Positions 36,463-49,879 of a stretch of 64,000 nt of DNA are shown here, in pieces. The DNA is from Neoechinorhynchus agilis (taxonomy: Eukaryota; Animalia; Acanthocephala): NCBI GenBank assembly GCA_051530055.1, contig CM121341.1:5372784-5436783 (forward strand), read 5' to 3'. A model generated the notes under the pieces. That model made no database searches and had not been told where the DNA came from. It saw nothing but the letters and a program-made list of their open reading frames with translations. Within the stretch, counting starts at the first letter, position 1. Every line of letters starts with the position of its first letter. Position numbers and translations under genes: made by a program.

Positions 36463-39400
36463 ATGTTACGAAAATTGATGGAATTTTCCGACGAGAACAC
36501 AGATGATCCAACTGATCACTTGGATCCTCTCCAAGTGCCGATCCTTCGATTATCGAACGCAACACCGTCTCCTCTTTGTCCAACGGGAGAATGGCGAGTC
36601 GTAAGCCGCGGACACAGCGCAAACTGTGTAATCATTAGTTCAACAATACCTGATTGGAGTTTGCAGGAAAAAGAAGAAATCGATCTGATGATACCGATTG
36701 CACCATTGAAACGTCCTCCTAAACCCGTCGGAATGCGGTGCTGGATTGATCCGGCCGTTATCCGCGACGATCCGGACGACGGAGCTTTTCTTGTTTCGAA
36801 GGAACTTCAAAAGCAATATGAACTTCTTCAGCCTAATCTGAGATTTGAACATACGTGTAATAAACCTCGAGACGACATTGCTAAACTTCTTCGAGTTATA
36901 CGACACAGGTCTCCAAATGAACGGATGCTTATTCATTACAGCGGATACGGAATTCTACCTCCTAAAGACAGTGGAGAACTACACTTTCTTAACGGCGAAA
37001 TGCGAGACTACGTTCCGGTTTCCATTACTGACATTCATCGATGGGTATCTAATGGCCCGGCGATTGTAGTCGTTGACGCCGATAACTCTGGAGCTATCAT
37101 AAAGGCCGAAGTTGCAAAAGGTATCAGCGATAGAAACGATCATGCAACCGGTAAAATACCATTGATCGTGCTCACTTCATGTGATATTGGCGAATCCGTA
37201 CCGAAGTCGGACAAAATTCCCTTAGATGTATTCACGTCCTGTCTTACAACTCCTCTAAGGACAATGGCACATCTTTATAGGTTGTCCAATCGAGCTACTC
37301 ATTTCACTTCATTCATTGAGAAGCAATTAAACAAACGAGCTGAAATTAAAGGAGACTGGTCAACGATCAACGATCGAAAATCGAAACTTGGAGAACTCAA
37401 TTGGGCGTACACTGCTGTTACGGATGCAATTGCTTGGTCACTCGTCGATCGACATTTATTCAAGTGCTTTTTTAGACAAAACAGCCTTGTTGCAAGTCTT
37501 TTTAGAAATTATCTACTTGCATGTAGACTTTTGCCGGAATTCGGCATGCATCCAAAATGCTATCCACCAATATTCGGACAAAGCACACAACATGTTCAGA
37601 ATCATCCTCTGTGGGACTCTTGGGATTGTACAATAGAAGCACGGATAGTTCATGAAAACTTCACGTCCGATTGCGCATCGCCGGGTATTCTTTTTTTTGA
37701 TCAACAATTAAAAGCTTTTGAGGTAAGCCTCAGGACAGAAGGTGCCATGTCAATTGATGTGTCCACGCCGTCTATTCCGATTTTACTCCAGGTGCTTTTA
37801 TCGCAAGGGATCGGCAGTGGGCTCGTGAAATCTTCTTCGAATCAGTCAGATTTATGTTCTATCAATGCATTTCCGAGAGAGATTCTTATGTGATTGCCTG
37901 ATCCTTTGCGCAAAGTCAGACCCGTCGACAGCGTGGAATCGAGCTTCTTGTCGAATACTTCTCTAAAGGACGCAGTGCAGTGATGGCTGCTTTATCCGTT
38001 GGAGTGTTTCCTTATGTCCTTCATCTTCTTCAAGTAGTAAAATCCGATCCACCAATACCTCTTTTAAGTCTCTGTGCAAAGATTTTATCGACCGATCAAA
38101 CGGCGCAGCTTGACCTTCTTAAAAACGACCGAAAGGGTCTTCGAAATTTAACTAATAAAATATCGGGCAATATATTGGGAGGAGAAGAAAAAGACTCATT
38201 GACACTTACATTGTTCTGCTTGGCTTGTGCTACATTTAAATGTCCAGAGACTCAGAATGCTGCTCTGAAAGCAGATTTGATGCCGGCTTACTGCGTGATA
38301 TTAAACGAACCTGACTCGAGTCCTAGTCTGATCCGCCATGCCGCTCTGGCTATTTTATCGCTAACGGAGTTGCCGGGAGCTCTTGACCTCTTCAACCGAA
38401 GCAACGGAGTAGATATTGTTATTTCTAGAATCAAACGGGATTATCCCGTCTGTGTTAGACTAGCACTTTTGGCATTAGCATGCCGATTTGCGCATACTCT
38501 CGAAGGAGCTAGTCTTTTTGTACAATACTTAAATGATCCTGCACCTTGTATACGAAGAATCGTCCTTGGAGGTCTTGTGATTTTTGGAATGACTCATTAT
38601 TTGCGGTCAAGCGAATATAAAGATCCACAAATAAGTGGACGAAGATCTAGCATGCTATCGTCGATGTCCACAGGTCAGGGAATTGCTTATGACCGAGTCT
38701 GGCAAGGAATATGTCAACTTACTGACGACACCGTTGAAGAAGTGGCTTCCGCCGCTGCTCAATATGCAGCCACTGGACATATAAATGGTGCTCTCGTATA
38801 CGGTCCAAATGAGGTTTTACAAGACGCGATGGCGGAAGTTGCAAACGCCGCTTGTTATCCTTATTGGAACGATAAAGATTATACCAGCGGGATTGGCGAT
38901 CAAAAGACGAATTTGCTTAAGGCTTACCATACTACCTTTTCTTGATTCTCAGAAAGTCCCACCAATTATTTTCTTTATTTCGCTCTGACCAAATCTACAA
39001 TCTATAGATAACATCTTTACAACAATTTTTTTACTGAGTTCTGGATCATTTACTTAACAAACGTCAACAAAATTTGACAGCACCAATAACGAAAAAACAA
39101 AAGCAGCAATAAACCCTACAGTCAATTTCTCTTTTTCTTTCTACGTTCAATCTTTTAGTTTTCATTATATCCCTCATTCCGCACCACCCGTTGAATAGCC
39201 ACACTCAAGCGTTGGATGAGGTAGTTCCTTTGTCTGTGATCTCCGCTGGCTTTTATGAGTAGTCGGCCTATCTCCGCCCAAAATTTCTTCGCCGTCATTC
39301 AATGTTTTTGAAACACTAAATGGAATCGAACTCATTAGCCAAAGATCTTCTTCCACTTATCAGCCCACAAAAGCAAATCTGTAGATTTTAATGCCAACCA

Positions 39401-40546
39401 CTCGCTTATCTTCACGCAGTACCAAATCGTGAGTACACTTTCGTGTACTTCGGTTGAGCAATTACAGCAATTCTCAAAAATCACTCAATGTGCTATGACA
39501 ACCAAGGATGAATGCCGACGAGCGCGGTTCCATTCAGTTAGACCATGGATTGCTTATTCCTGCACTCAAGGATCTTACGTTGAAGATTTAAAAGGAAACA
39601 TTCTTCTTTTAAGGGACGAGCCGTGCAATGATTTCTGCTTCCTCAACGAGTATATAGACGAAACGATTGGATTGCCTTTGTTTCTCAGCGTTGAATGTGC
39701 CGTAAAGGACCGATGTGATATGTTCGTTTACGCATTGAACGACAATGGGACTCTTGAACAATGCTCTGGGTTCAGTTTGATCGTGGAAGATTTAGGGGAA
39801 AACGCTGTTGTCGACTATGGACAGACTAACTGTCGATTGTTGGTTTCAACGAGCACATCATCCAAAAGACGGCGGTTTTTCTTGCAACCTTTGAAAACCA
39901 CCGTCTCATACTTTGTATGACATGATTAACGAGTGCCAATTGGTCACTCATACAAGTGACCGATCGGATCAAATCACGGTTAACACACTTATAGACCATA
40001 ATCTATACGCGATTGGCTCACTCCGAGGACGTATTCGTTTATATGATATCCGCCAACGTCAGTCTGGATCAGTTCGATCTTGGATTGCTTCGGATCGGAT
40101 TCCCGTTCGAGCACTCAAATGTTTCCGACAATGAACTCGAAGCCATTCATGCCGTGGACGATTTAGGTTCGGTGAGCATGTGTATGCGAAACGGGAGAAG
40201 TCTTCAAGTGAGTCCCTTCACAAAGCCGCCAGTGTGTCCTGCAGTGTTCCAATCGTCTTCAAAGTCTCTTCTTGGCTTTTCTAATAGATTAGAGATTGTG
40301 AGTTTGGAAGGACGAGCTGTTCGATTGGCTGCAACGGTTGAGACTAACTTAATTGGTGGCTTTGTTTCCGAAGCGTCAAAGAAATGGAGAGAAAAGTCAC
40401 CGTCGACTCTTATTGGTGGTCAGCAAAACCGATATCCGTCCGTAACTGGCCTCTATGCTCACCAAGTTCTTCCCATTGTCGGGATCGTGGCTGATGGTGG
40501 TTGCTTGTCTGTATATGGCAATATAGAGCGAATTGGAGTGTCTTGA
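36463..40546 (+). CDS. RPTOR: Reduced, divergent Raptor (RNC-HEAT-WD40) with hairpin inserts, an in-frame TAG and a 1-bp frameshift
   Basis: RMLIHYSGYG, DVFTSCLTTPL, GELNWAYTAVTDAIAW, FRQNSLVASLFRNYLLA, HPLWDSWD, PILLQVLLSQ, ALSVGVFPYVL, GFYE*SA, RFHSVRPW and GRIRLYDIR. Confidence 0.88.
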
Positions 40547-40724
40547 CAAATCGAAGTGTATATGCATGCGAGATGGAATCGGGATGATGATTGGAACATA
40601 CTTTTATATCCTATTATTTTATCACTCAAAAGCTAGCCTCTTAAGCCACTAACCCTTAGGGTTTCATTTTTTGTTTTAAAAAGAACACTTCACCGGAATA
40701 TCGTAAAGATTTTGTTTTTCCATT

Positions 40725-43170
40725 TCGCCAAAGTGTCTAATTTTTACAGAAACAAAATTTGATAAATCATGCGGCCAAAAAAATCAAGTAGAATTCGCAC
40801 AAGAATTTAGGTCTTAAAGATTTTGTTATCGAAAATGGACACCTGGGCGGAATGTTGTAATGATAAAGAAAAAGATCTTCATTTCCGAGAGTTTTAGCCG
40901 TGCAAAAAACTAACAAGCAATTCCCAAGAAAGCCGTAAAACAGCGGAAGCTCTCGCATATAAGGATTTTCTTTTTACCACTACAACATTTCGCACAATTG
41001 TCCATTTTTTTAAAAAATTAGACAAATCATGCGGCCAAAAAAATCAAGTAGAATTCGCACCTGAATTTAGGTCTTAAAGATTTTGTTATCGAAAATGGAC
41101 ACTTGGACGGAATGTTGTAATGATAAAGAAAAAGATCTTTATTTCTGAGAGTTTTAGCCGTGCAAAAAACTAACAAGCAATTCCCAAGAAAGCCGTAAAA
41201 CAGCGGAAGCTCTCGCATATAAGGATTTTCTTTTTACCACTACAACATTTCGCACAATTGTCCATTTTTTTAAAAAATTAGACAAATCATGCGGCCAAAA
41301 AAATCAAGTAGAATTCGCACCTGAATTTAGGTCTTAAAGATTTTGTTATCGAAAATGGACACTTGGACGGAATGTTGTAATGGAAAAAAAGATCTTTATT
41401 TCTGAGAGTTTTACCCGTGCTAAAACTGTAGAAGTTCTGAGAAGCCGTCGTAGTAGGAAGCTCTATAACATATGGATTTCACACACCACAACATTTCGCT
41501 TCAATTATTATTTTCCGTATTGATAAATCATTTTGACCAAAAAAATCAAGTAGAATTCGCACAAGAATTTAGGTCTTAAAGATTTTGTTATCGAAAATGG
41601 ACACTTGGACGGAATGTTGTAATGGAAAAAAAGATCTTTTTTCCGGGAGTTTTACCCGTGCTAAAAGCTAACAAGCAATTCCCAAGGAAGCCGTAAAACA
41701 GCGGAAGCTCTCGCATATAAAGATTTTCTTTATTACAACATTTCGAACAATTGTCCATTTTTTAAAACAAAATTTGATAAATCATGCGGCCAAAAAATCA
41801 AGTAGAATTCGCACAAGAATTTAGGTCTTAAAGATTTTGTTATCGAAAATGGACACTTGGACGGAATGTTGTAATGGAAAAAAAGATCTTTATTTTGAGA
41901 GTTTTACCCGTGCTAAAAACTAACAAGCAATTCCCAAGGAAGCCGTAAAACAGCGGAAGCTCTCGCATATAAAGATTTTCTTTTTATCATTACAACATTT
42001 CGCACAATTGTCCATTTTTTAAAACAAAATTTGATAAATCATGCGGCCAAAAAAATCAAGTAGAATTCGCACAAGAATTTAGGTCTTAAAGATTTTGTTA
42101 TCGAAAATGGACACTTGGACGGAATGTTGTAATGGAAAAAAAGATCTTTATTTCTGAGAGTTTTACCCGTGCTAAAAACTAACAAGCAATTCCCAAGGAA
42201 GCCGTAAAACAGCGGAAGCTCTCGCATATAAAGATTTCTTTATCATTACAACATTTCGCACAATTGTCCATTTTTTAAAAAAAATTGATAAATCATGCGG
42301 CCAAAAAAATCAAGTAGAATTCGCACAAGAATTTAGGTCTTAAAGATTTTGTTATCGAAAATGGACACTTGGACGGAATGTTGTAATGGAAAAAAAGATC
42401 TTATTTCTGAGAGTTTTACCCGTGCTAAAAACTAACAAGCAATTCCCAAGGAAGCCGTAAAACAGCGGAAGCTCTCGCATATAAAGATTTTCTTTTTATC
42501 ATTACAACATCCCGATCAATTGTCCATTTTTTAAAACAAAATTTGATAAATCATGCGGCCAAAAAAATCAAGTAGAATTCGCACAAGAATTTAGGTCTTA
42601 AAGATTTTGTTATCGAAAATGGACACTTGGGCGGAATGTTGTAATGAAAAAAAGATCTTTATTTCTGAGAGTTTTACCGTGCAAAACTAACAAGCATTCC
42701 AAGAAGCCGTAAAACAGCGGAAGCTCTCGCATATAAGATTTTCTTTTTACATACAACATTTCGCCAATTGTCCATTTTTTAAAAAATTGAAAATCATGCG
42801 GCAAAAAATCAAGTAGAATTCGCACGAATTTAGGTCTTAAAGATTTTGTTATCGAAAATGGACATTGGCGGAATGTTGTAATGAAAAAAAGATCTTTATT
42901 TCTGAGAGTTTTACCCGTGCTAAAAACTAACAAGCAATTCCCAAGGAAGCCGTAAAACAGCGGAAGCTCTCGCATATAAGGATTTTCTTTTTATCATTAC
43001 AACATCCCGATCAATTGTCCATTTTTTAAAACAAAATTTGATAAATCATGCGGCCAAAAAAATCAAGTAGAATTCGCACAAGAATTTAGGTCTTAAAGAT
43101 TTTGTTATCGAAAATGGACACTTGGACGGAATGTTGTAATGGAAAAAAAGATCTTTATATCCGAGAGTTT
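40725..43170. repeat. Satellite, about 258-260-bp monomer with a long internal hairpin, about 9.5 copies
   Basis: Repeated gataaatcatgcggccaaaaaaatcaagtagaattcgc. Internal arms aaaatggaca..atgttgtaatg / cattacaacat..tgtccatttt. Confidence 0.97.
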
Positions 43171-43334
43171 TAGCCTTGTGCTTTTTGAAAATCGAGCGCC
43201 GAAATACGTCCAAAATTAAGATATGACCACGATTTCGTGCCATTCCGAGTCGATACGCGACGTTGGCCTCGCGCCGAATTCGCGATAGAAAATTGAAAAA
43301 CGAAAAGGTGACAACAAATAAAATATATTTTATT

Positions 43335-43950
43335 GCTATATTTCGCGAGGTGCAGAAAGTCGAGATTCAAACTCTAGAAATGTTCGCTCTGGAGCAGCAT
43401 TTTAGGATGATGAATAATAAACGAAGGCTTCCTCTTTCTAAAAAAATTTATTAAGGGATGTTAAAAGCAGAGAGAGCGACGAGGCTATTTAAATGCTTAA
43501 AACCGTTGTAGTTTTAAAAAAACAAGAAAGTTCTTTTTCAAGAAAAAGATGTGACGTCACTAACCGTGCCGATCTGGGCTAAAAAGTAGGACACGAACGA
43601 ATTATTTTTCATTGTTTGATCACTTCGTTTATTGCCGATCATCGGATTTGTTGTTTGACTTTGTCCATTATTCAGTTAGCGTCATTGGTGATTTGCGATT
43701 CGTTTCGTTAATTGTTCGTATTGTGGAGAAAGTCGAGATTCAAACTCTAGAAATGTTCGCTCTGGAGCAGCATTTTAAGCTGATGAAAAATAAGCGAAGG
43801 CTTCCTCTTTCCGACTAAATTTACTCGGGGATGTTAAAAACAGAGAGAGAGCGACGAGGCTATTTAAATGCTTAAAACCGCAGTAGTTTTAAAAAAATAA
43901 GAAAGTTCTTTTTCAAGAAAAAGACGTGACGTCACCTACTGTGCCGATGT
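43335..43950. repeat. Direct duplication of about 230 bp
   Basis: agaaagtcgagattcaaactctagaaatg..gtgacgtcac at about 43335 and 43728. Confidence 0.85.
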
Positions 43951-44229
43951 AATTGGTTTGGCTTTATGCCTAAAAATAGGCCGGACAAGAAGGGACAAAT
44001 AAAAATTTATTGATGAAAACGAAACCGGCTTGTCAGTAAAGCTTAAAATAGGTTATTTTTGCGATTCGTCTGGTCATTTGTTCGTATTCTGCCAGTGGAA
44101 CTATATTTTCGGTGAGGAGCTCCTTTAATTTTTTCCCACAATTTCAATCGGCTATTCGACATGATCGGTCTTTTCATTTTTTCCTGTACGATAGTCTCCC
44201 TTTTTCCACGTCATTGATTAGTTAATGAA

Positions 44230-45049
44230 TTTCATCAACGTCTAACTTGACGTTTTCTTTATGGTACGAAATATCACTTTTAACGTTTCGCCACGATCAA
44301 AGGTTTGCGAATTAATCGATAATAAACCATCATATTTAAAGGATACGATAGCTAGCGATTGTAGGACGGACAGGCTCTGGAAAAAGCTCCATTCTGAACA
44401 TGATAGAAAGAATGGGTATCGTGGAAGGGATCGTTATTTTGGATGGAGTGGATACATCGCTGTTAAATTTAAGAGAACTGCGACGGAGAATATGTATAAT
44501 TCCTCAGGTGATCTTTTCAAACACCAAATTCGAGACAAGGTCGCTAATAATATTTTAGAAACCAATATTCATCAGTGGAACCTTAAGAGACAATCTTGAC
44601 ACTTTCAAAGAGGTCAGTGATGAATACATATGGACTATTCTTAAAAGCGTATGGATCTAAAAAACGAAGTTCGAATCCATTTCTCCGTGCTTAGGTACAA
44701 ATGGACGAAGTAATAAAGCGAATTGTTGGCGAAGAAGGATTGGACGGTTTTGTGCGTGGATCCGGTTTCGGGGAACGCTTCAGTTTCGGACAACTTCAAC
44801 TTCTCAGTATGGCTCGTGCAATCATTCGAAAAAGAAAACTTGTTATCATGGACGAAGCCACATCTAATCTGGAAGCTGAAACAGAAAAAATAATTCAAAG
44901 AGTTATTAGACACGAATTAGGTCATTGATGAAGGTCGAATCGTGGAAATCGGAAATCCTGTCGAATTAGCAATGAACAAAGCGTCGAGGTTCAGAATGTT
45001 AGTCATCGAGGACGGTCTTCGTCCAGAAAGACTGTATCAATCCTTCTGA
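44230..45049 (+). pseudogene. Inverted partial copy of ABCC NBD2 exons fused to the terminal exon
   Basis: LAIVGRTGSGKSS, IIPQ|KPIFISGTLRDNLD, FSFGQLQLLSMARA, VIMDEATS, then VIDEGRIVEIGNP..stop. The ECTVITIAH segment is missing. Confidence 0.8.
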
Positions 45050-45106
45050 AAGCTCAAACGCCATAAAAACTAAAGTACCACCGCTGTTCATTATTTTTCT
45101 TAAGCA

Positions 45107-48100
45107 TCACATTTTGTTCTTTAAAAGTAAGCAGTCCATGTTTATTAGAAGGATGAGATTAGCTTTCAGTTTTACGGAGACGTTACACACTTCATCCACA
45201 AAAAAATCACTGACCATAACATCGTCATAATCGATTATTGTTTTTATGTGATGAGCGATTGTTATGACGGTACATTCAGAGAATTCGTGTCTAATAACTC
45301 TTTGAATTATTTTTTCAGTTTCAGCTTCCAGATTAGATGTGGCTTCGTCCATGATAACAAGTTTTCTTTTTCGAATGATTGCACGAGCCATACTGAGAAG
45401 TTGAAGTTGTCCGAAACTGAAGTGTTCCTCGAAACCGGATCCACGCACAAAACCGTCCAATCCTTCTTCGCCAACAATTCGCTTTATTACTTCGTCCATT
45501 TGTACCTAAGCACGGAGAAATGGATTCGAACTTCGTTTTTTAGATCCATACGCTTTTAAGAATAGTCCATATGTATTCATCACTGACCTCTTTGAAAGTG
45601 TCAAGATTGTCTCTTAAGGTTCCACTGATGAATATTGGTTTCTAAAATATTATTAGCGACCTTGTCTCGAATTTGGTGTTTGAAAAGATCACCTGAGGAA
45701 TTATACATATTTTCCGTCGCAATTCTCTTAAATTTAACAGCGATGTATCCACTCCATCCAAAATAACGATCCCTTCCACGATACCCATTCTTTCTATCAT
45801 GTTCAGAATGGAGCTTTTTCCAGAGCCTGTCCGTCCTACAATCGCTAGCTATCGTATCCTTTAAATATGATGGTTTATTATCGATTAATTCGCAAACCTT
45901 TGATCGTGGCGAAACGTTAAAACTGATATTTCGTAGAACATATTCCTTATTTAAAGAATACTTGAACGAGACTTTTTCAACGTGCAAATCTCCGTCCGTC
46001 GGCTCCGAACCTCTACCAAAGTTTTTCTCATAAGAAAGCAGATCTTCGCCTAAAAAGATGACGATCTTGGGTTCCCGAGTCAAATGAAAACTCATATTGT
46101 GTGTGCGTGAGTTTGTGACCTTTTTTTACATTTGAATTGATAATGACTGATTTAATCAGTTCAAATATATATGATTGACTTTAACGATCCCCTCAAAATA
46201 ATAAATTTTAATGATCTATTTTTCACTCGTGTTACTTTAGCTAAATCAAAATTAAGAAACAATTCATAAGAACCATTTTGTAAAAAACGAGAATTCTATT
46301 TCCATTATTTTTATCATACCTTTCCGTTTCCATTCTCTCCAGTGATCACGACAAACTCATTCTTGGACACTGTCAGGTCGAAAATATATTTTTCGTCCTT
46401 AATGAATAGGACTTTAATAGCTAAAAAAAGACATATTAAGTATGTACATCATCCCACGCCGCACAGACGGCTTTCATCTCTAGATTGTATTTGATTTCCG
46501 ATTGAAGACGGTGAAATTTCTTTTCAATTGCTTCTTTGTATATTATTGGCTGTAGCACAATTAAACGTAATGTAATTTTTACTTTAAATGACTAACCTTG
46601 ATTCTTGAATCGAATGCTAGGAGCTTGTTAATACTCGCGAATGCATTTTGGGAATCATTCAACAGTCCACTATCAAGCTCGCGAATAGCCGAAATCAAAC
46701 TGAAGATTGACGCTGAACTCGGCAATCTCGAGTAAGCATTGTGAAAAACTATTATAACTATTAAAATCCCGAATCGGGATAATATGTTTCGACATGCTGG
46801 TATTGGCGATAGGATCATAGTAAGTAAAAGAATCAATCGAAGTTCCTTCCTGTAGATTAAAAAGCAATGTATGAAAAATTGTAATAAAATTAAGATTACC
46901 TTCGTAGCGATTCAATTATTTTAACCATAATATTATCCAGTGCAGTGCTCTTGAGTGTATCAATAGAGGATACAAAATTAGCTACTTCTTTTGTTCGAAT
47001 GTCGCTTTTATATCCAATTTTAAGGCTGAAATGATTTTTAAACATATTTTCTACTAAGGAAAGTGAACAAAAGAAATTTTTAAACAAAATCGCGATGCTC
47101 AAACATGATGTTTTTCACAATAAATATAATTGCACTGATAATAGGGAAGGAGGACAATTTAAAGAAACCTAGAACTTCTGAATTTCAGGACTCTTTCAGA
47201 TTATAAGTTCTGTGAGATTTAATATTATTGGATGAATCCAAAGCCGCAATTTCGAATTCACTGAAAATTTTTGTGAGCGATATTAAGCAGGTCCATCACA
47301 ATTTATCTAAGATTCCATCTAGTGGCTTAGTAGATGAGAAACTAAAAAAAGAACCACCTTCGATTTTAAGTGCAGTTGAAATTGAATAATTTTTTCATAA
47401 ATGCTTCGACCTTATTGAGTTCAACGATTATAGTGCACTAGTAATTTTACGCAACCACTCAGATGAGATGTTCAATGAGGTTTGTATTTATGATATTTAA
47501 TTCGAACTTCAATTAATAGAGAGTACTTACACAATATGGTTTACCAGTCGTCCAATCAGCGGTGAAAGTGATCCAATTAAGAAAATAAACGATACTGCAA
47601 TTAGACCGATAGAACCCATAATCGCATAGCATGTTCCAAGAGTTACGCCAATGATCAACGGTACAATGACTAGCAGCGCCGAAGAGTAGATTGATCTATC
47701 GATAACGTTGCTTTCATTGCTTATCATGTTGAATATTCGATTGTACGATTTTTGTTTGAAGTTGCTATTAAGTAACTATACGGTCCATTCTTAAATTATG
47801 AACGAAAAAACTAGGGTACCTTCAGAAAAACCCGATTCCAAGTGTACACACGTAAAGATATTCCCATTTTTTGAAGTTCGAAAGCCGCAAATAAGTATGA
47901 AAAGGCGTAGAAAAACCTTAGGCCAAAAATCGAGATGTTAAAGACGTTGGCCAACATTTTCGAGGTTTTCATCGCAACCAAGAGTTTCTTGACGAGGATT
48001 GCTTCGGTAACACTCATTGCTTTCTGAAGTTCAGGAAAGTTTTAAATGAAATGCACAATAAAAAAAATGAAGCACAAACCACAATGCACAATGATATTGA

Positions 48101-48190
48101 TAACAGGGTGTATTTCAGCCAATAACCTCTACAGTAAGACCATAGAATTCCATTTCTACTCTCGCTTGAAAGCGTCCTAAAGGAATTTCA
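45107..48190 (-). CDS. ABCC/MRP-type transporter, TMD2-NBD2 portion; terminal exon not in the same orientation
   Basis: RILNMISNESNVID, VSFKYSLNKEYVLRNISF, Walker A, MDEATSNLE and TVITIAHHIKTIIDYD. Multiple GT-AG introns. The 5' extent is uncertain. Confidence 0.7.
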
Positions 48191-48745
48191 TATTTCGTAT
48201 CTGTTTGTTTCTAACATACGTTCGTAATTTTTCGCATATGAATTCAGACGAGACTTTTCTAGTGACTTTTGGGATATCATCGCTAGACAAACCCGGTTTC
48301 CTGGCTTTCTTGACAAGATTGTTCACGTAGCTAAACGACGAGATTAGTTTGCACCAGTAACAATTCGGTTTCTAAAATCAAACCTGTACGTAAGTTTCGA
48401 TGCAAAACCCGAATGATCTTCAGGATTCGCTTCACGTAATCTCGATATCGGGAGCATTATTAACGCGCTCGTCTTGATCGTGTTCCTTTCAACTGATCCG
48501 CCTTCATAGCTCGACTTTTATACCTTGAGTATATTTTGTAGACAATCATCGATGAACTAAACTAAGTGAATATCGAAAACAAGCCCAAAAAGAGACGAAC
48601 AAAGTGTGATGGTTCAAAACATCTACCCTGTATTGGTAAAGCTCGGTTCAGACGTATGATTTCGGTGTAGTATCGGTTAAATCAAGTATTAAGGCGAATT
48701 GTTTTCATATAGTGGAAAAATTAACGAAATTCATTAGGTTCGATC

Positions 48746-49155
48746 GATATTTTTTATTATTCCATACACGGCCGAATGGGTACCCGCAGTCCACCGATTT
48801 CGGTCTGGGAAGCGCTGGTCTGCGCTCAATGCCCCCCAAGACCGTACGGTAAAAATGTTTGTAAGAATCCCTCTGGATTCTCAGATACCTATCACGGAGG
48901 CGATACTCATCAGCGAATTTCCTCCCTTCCGCGAGGTATTTCGTCCCCTTTAATTGTGGCGTCATCGGTGGCAACGGATTCGAAACCGTTGACCCTTAAC
49001 TGGGACTCGGAGCATTAGTCCACTTAATCCAGAGGGATTCTTACAAACTTATAACCGTGCGGTTTTGGGGCACTAAGCGTCGACCAGCGTTTCCCAGACC
49101 GAAATCGGTGGACCTTGTGTCCATTCGGCCGTGTATGGAATAATAAAAAATATCT
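48746..49155. mobile_element. MITE-like fold-back, about 135-bp TIRs with a 145-bp spacer
   Basis: 48746-48879 is the reverse complement of 49026-49155 (gatattttttattattccatacacggccgaatgg..). Confidence 0.85.
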
Positions 49156-49174
49156 ATAAAAAGACTACCGGCTG

Positions 49175-49237
49175 ATGTGGCGGTGGGGAAAAAATTATAT
49201 CAAAGAATGAGATATAATTTTTTTCCCACCGCCACAT
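49175..49237. repeat. Near-perfect 27-bp-arm hairpin
   Basis: atgtggcggtggggaaaaaattatatc / gatataatttttttcccaccgccacat. Confidence 0.85.
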
Positions 49238-49879
49238 ACTTATGGATTTTATCTTTAACTACCGACTGAGCTACATATAAAAATTCTTTATAAGGTTCGA
49301 TATTTCGACACAATCTTGTGCATAAAACAACCTTGATAAACGTGAAATATTGTGCCGAAATGTCGAACCTAATTAATTACTTTAATTTTTTGCGATATAA
49401 AAACATGAATAATTAATCATAGATGGAAAATAATACGGGATAACCTAGCTTATAATTTTGGTGAGCATAATCCCGGGCAAATAAGAATTCTTGTTTTGGT
49501 CAACACAATGGAAGGAAACAAGCCTAATTTTAGCTTAAAACTACCGGGCAACGATGGGTTAAAAATCAATGGGCAATACAGTGCTGTGGGTCCGAGCAGA
49601 TACATTTTTCCCGAACTTCGGGTATAGCGATCCCCCTAGCACCCGAGCCATAGAACACATAACCTAGAATGTTCCTTTCTAGATGACTAAAGAGGCGAAG
49701 TTACCTCGTCAAATGTTTCAAATAAATCGAGAATTTGATCGAGTTTTTCGTTCGATTGGTTCAGTTCATTTTCTCTACATACGGCTAGTTTTTCCCTCCT
49801 CGAGATTTACATGCAAATTTTCGAGGCCTCAACCTCCTTATCAAGCATCTAAAATCACATATAAAAGTTGAGTTCATTT

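Noticed and set aside
40650-40665. taacccttaggg as a telomere-fusion relic (also at 55081)
   Set aside because: Only one unit on each side, and the second occurrence is just the segmental duplicate.
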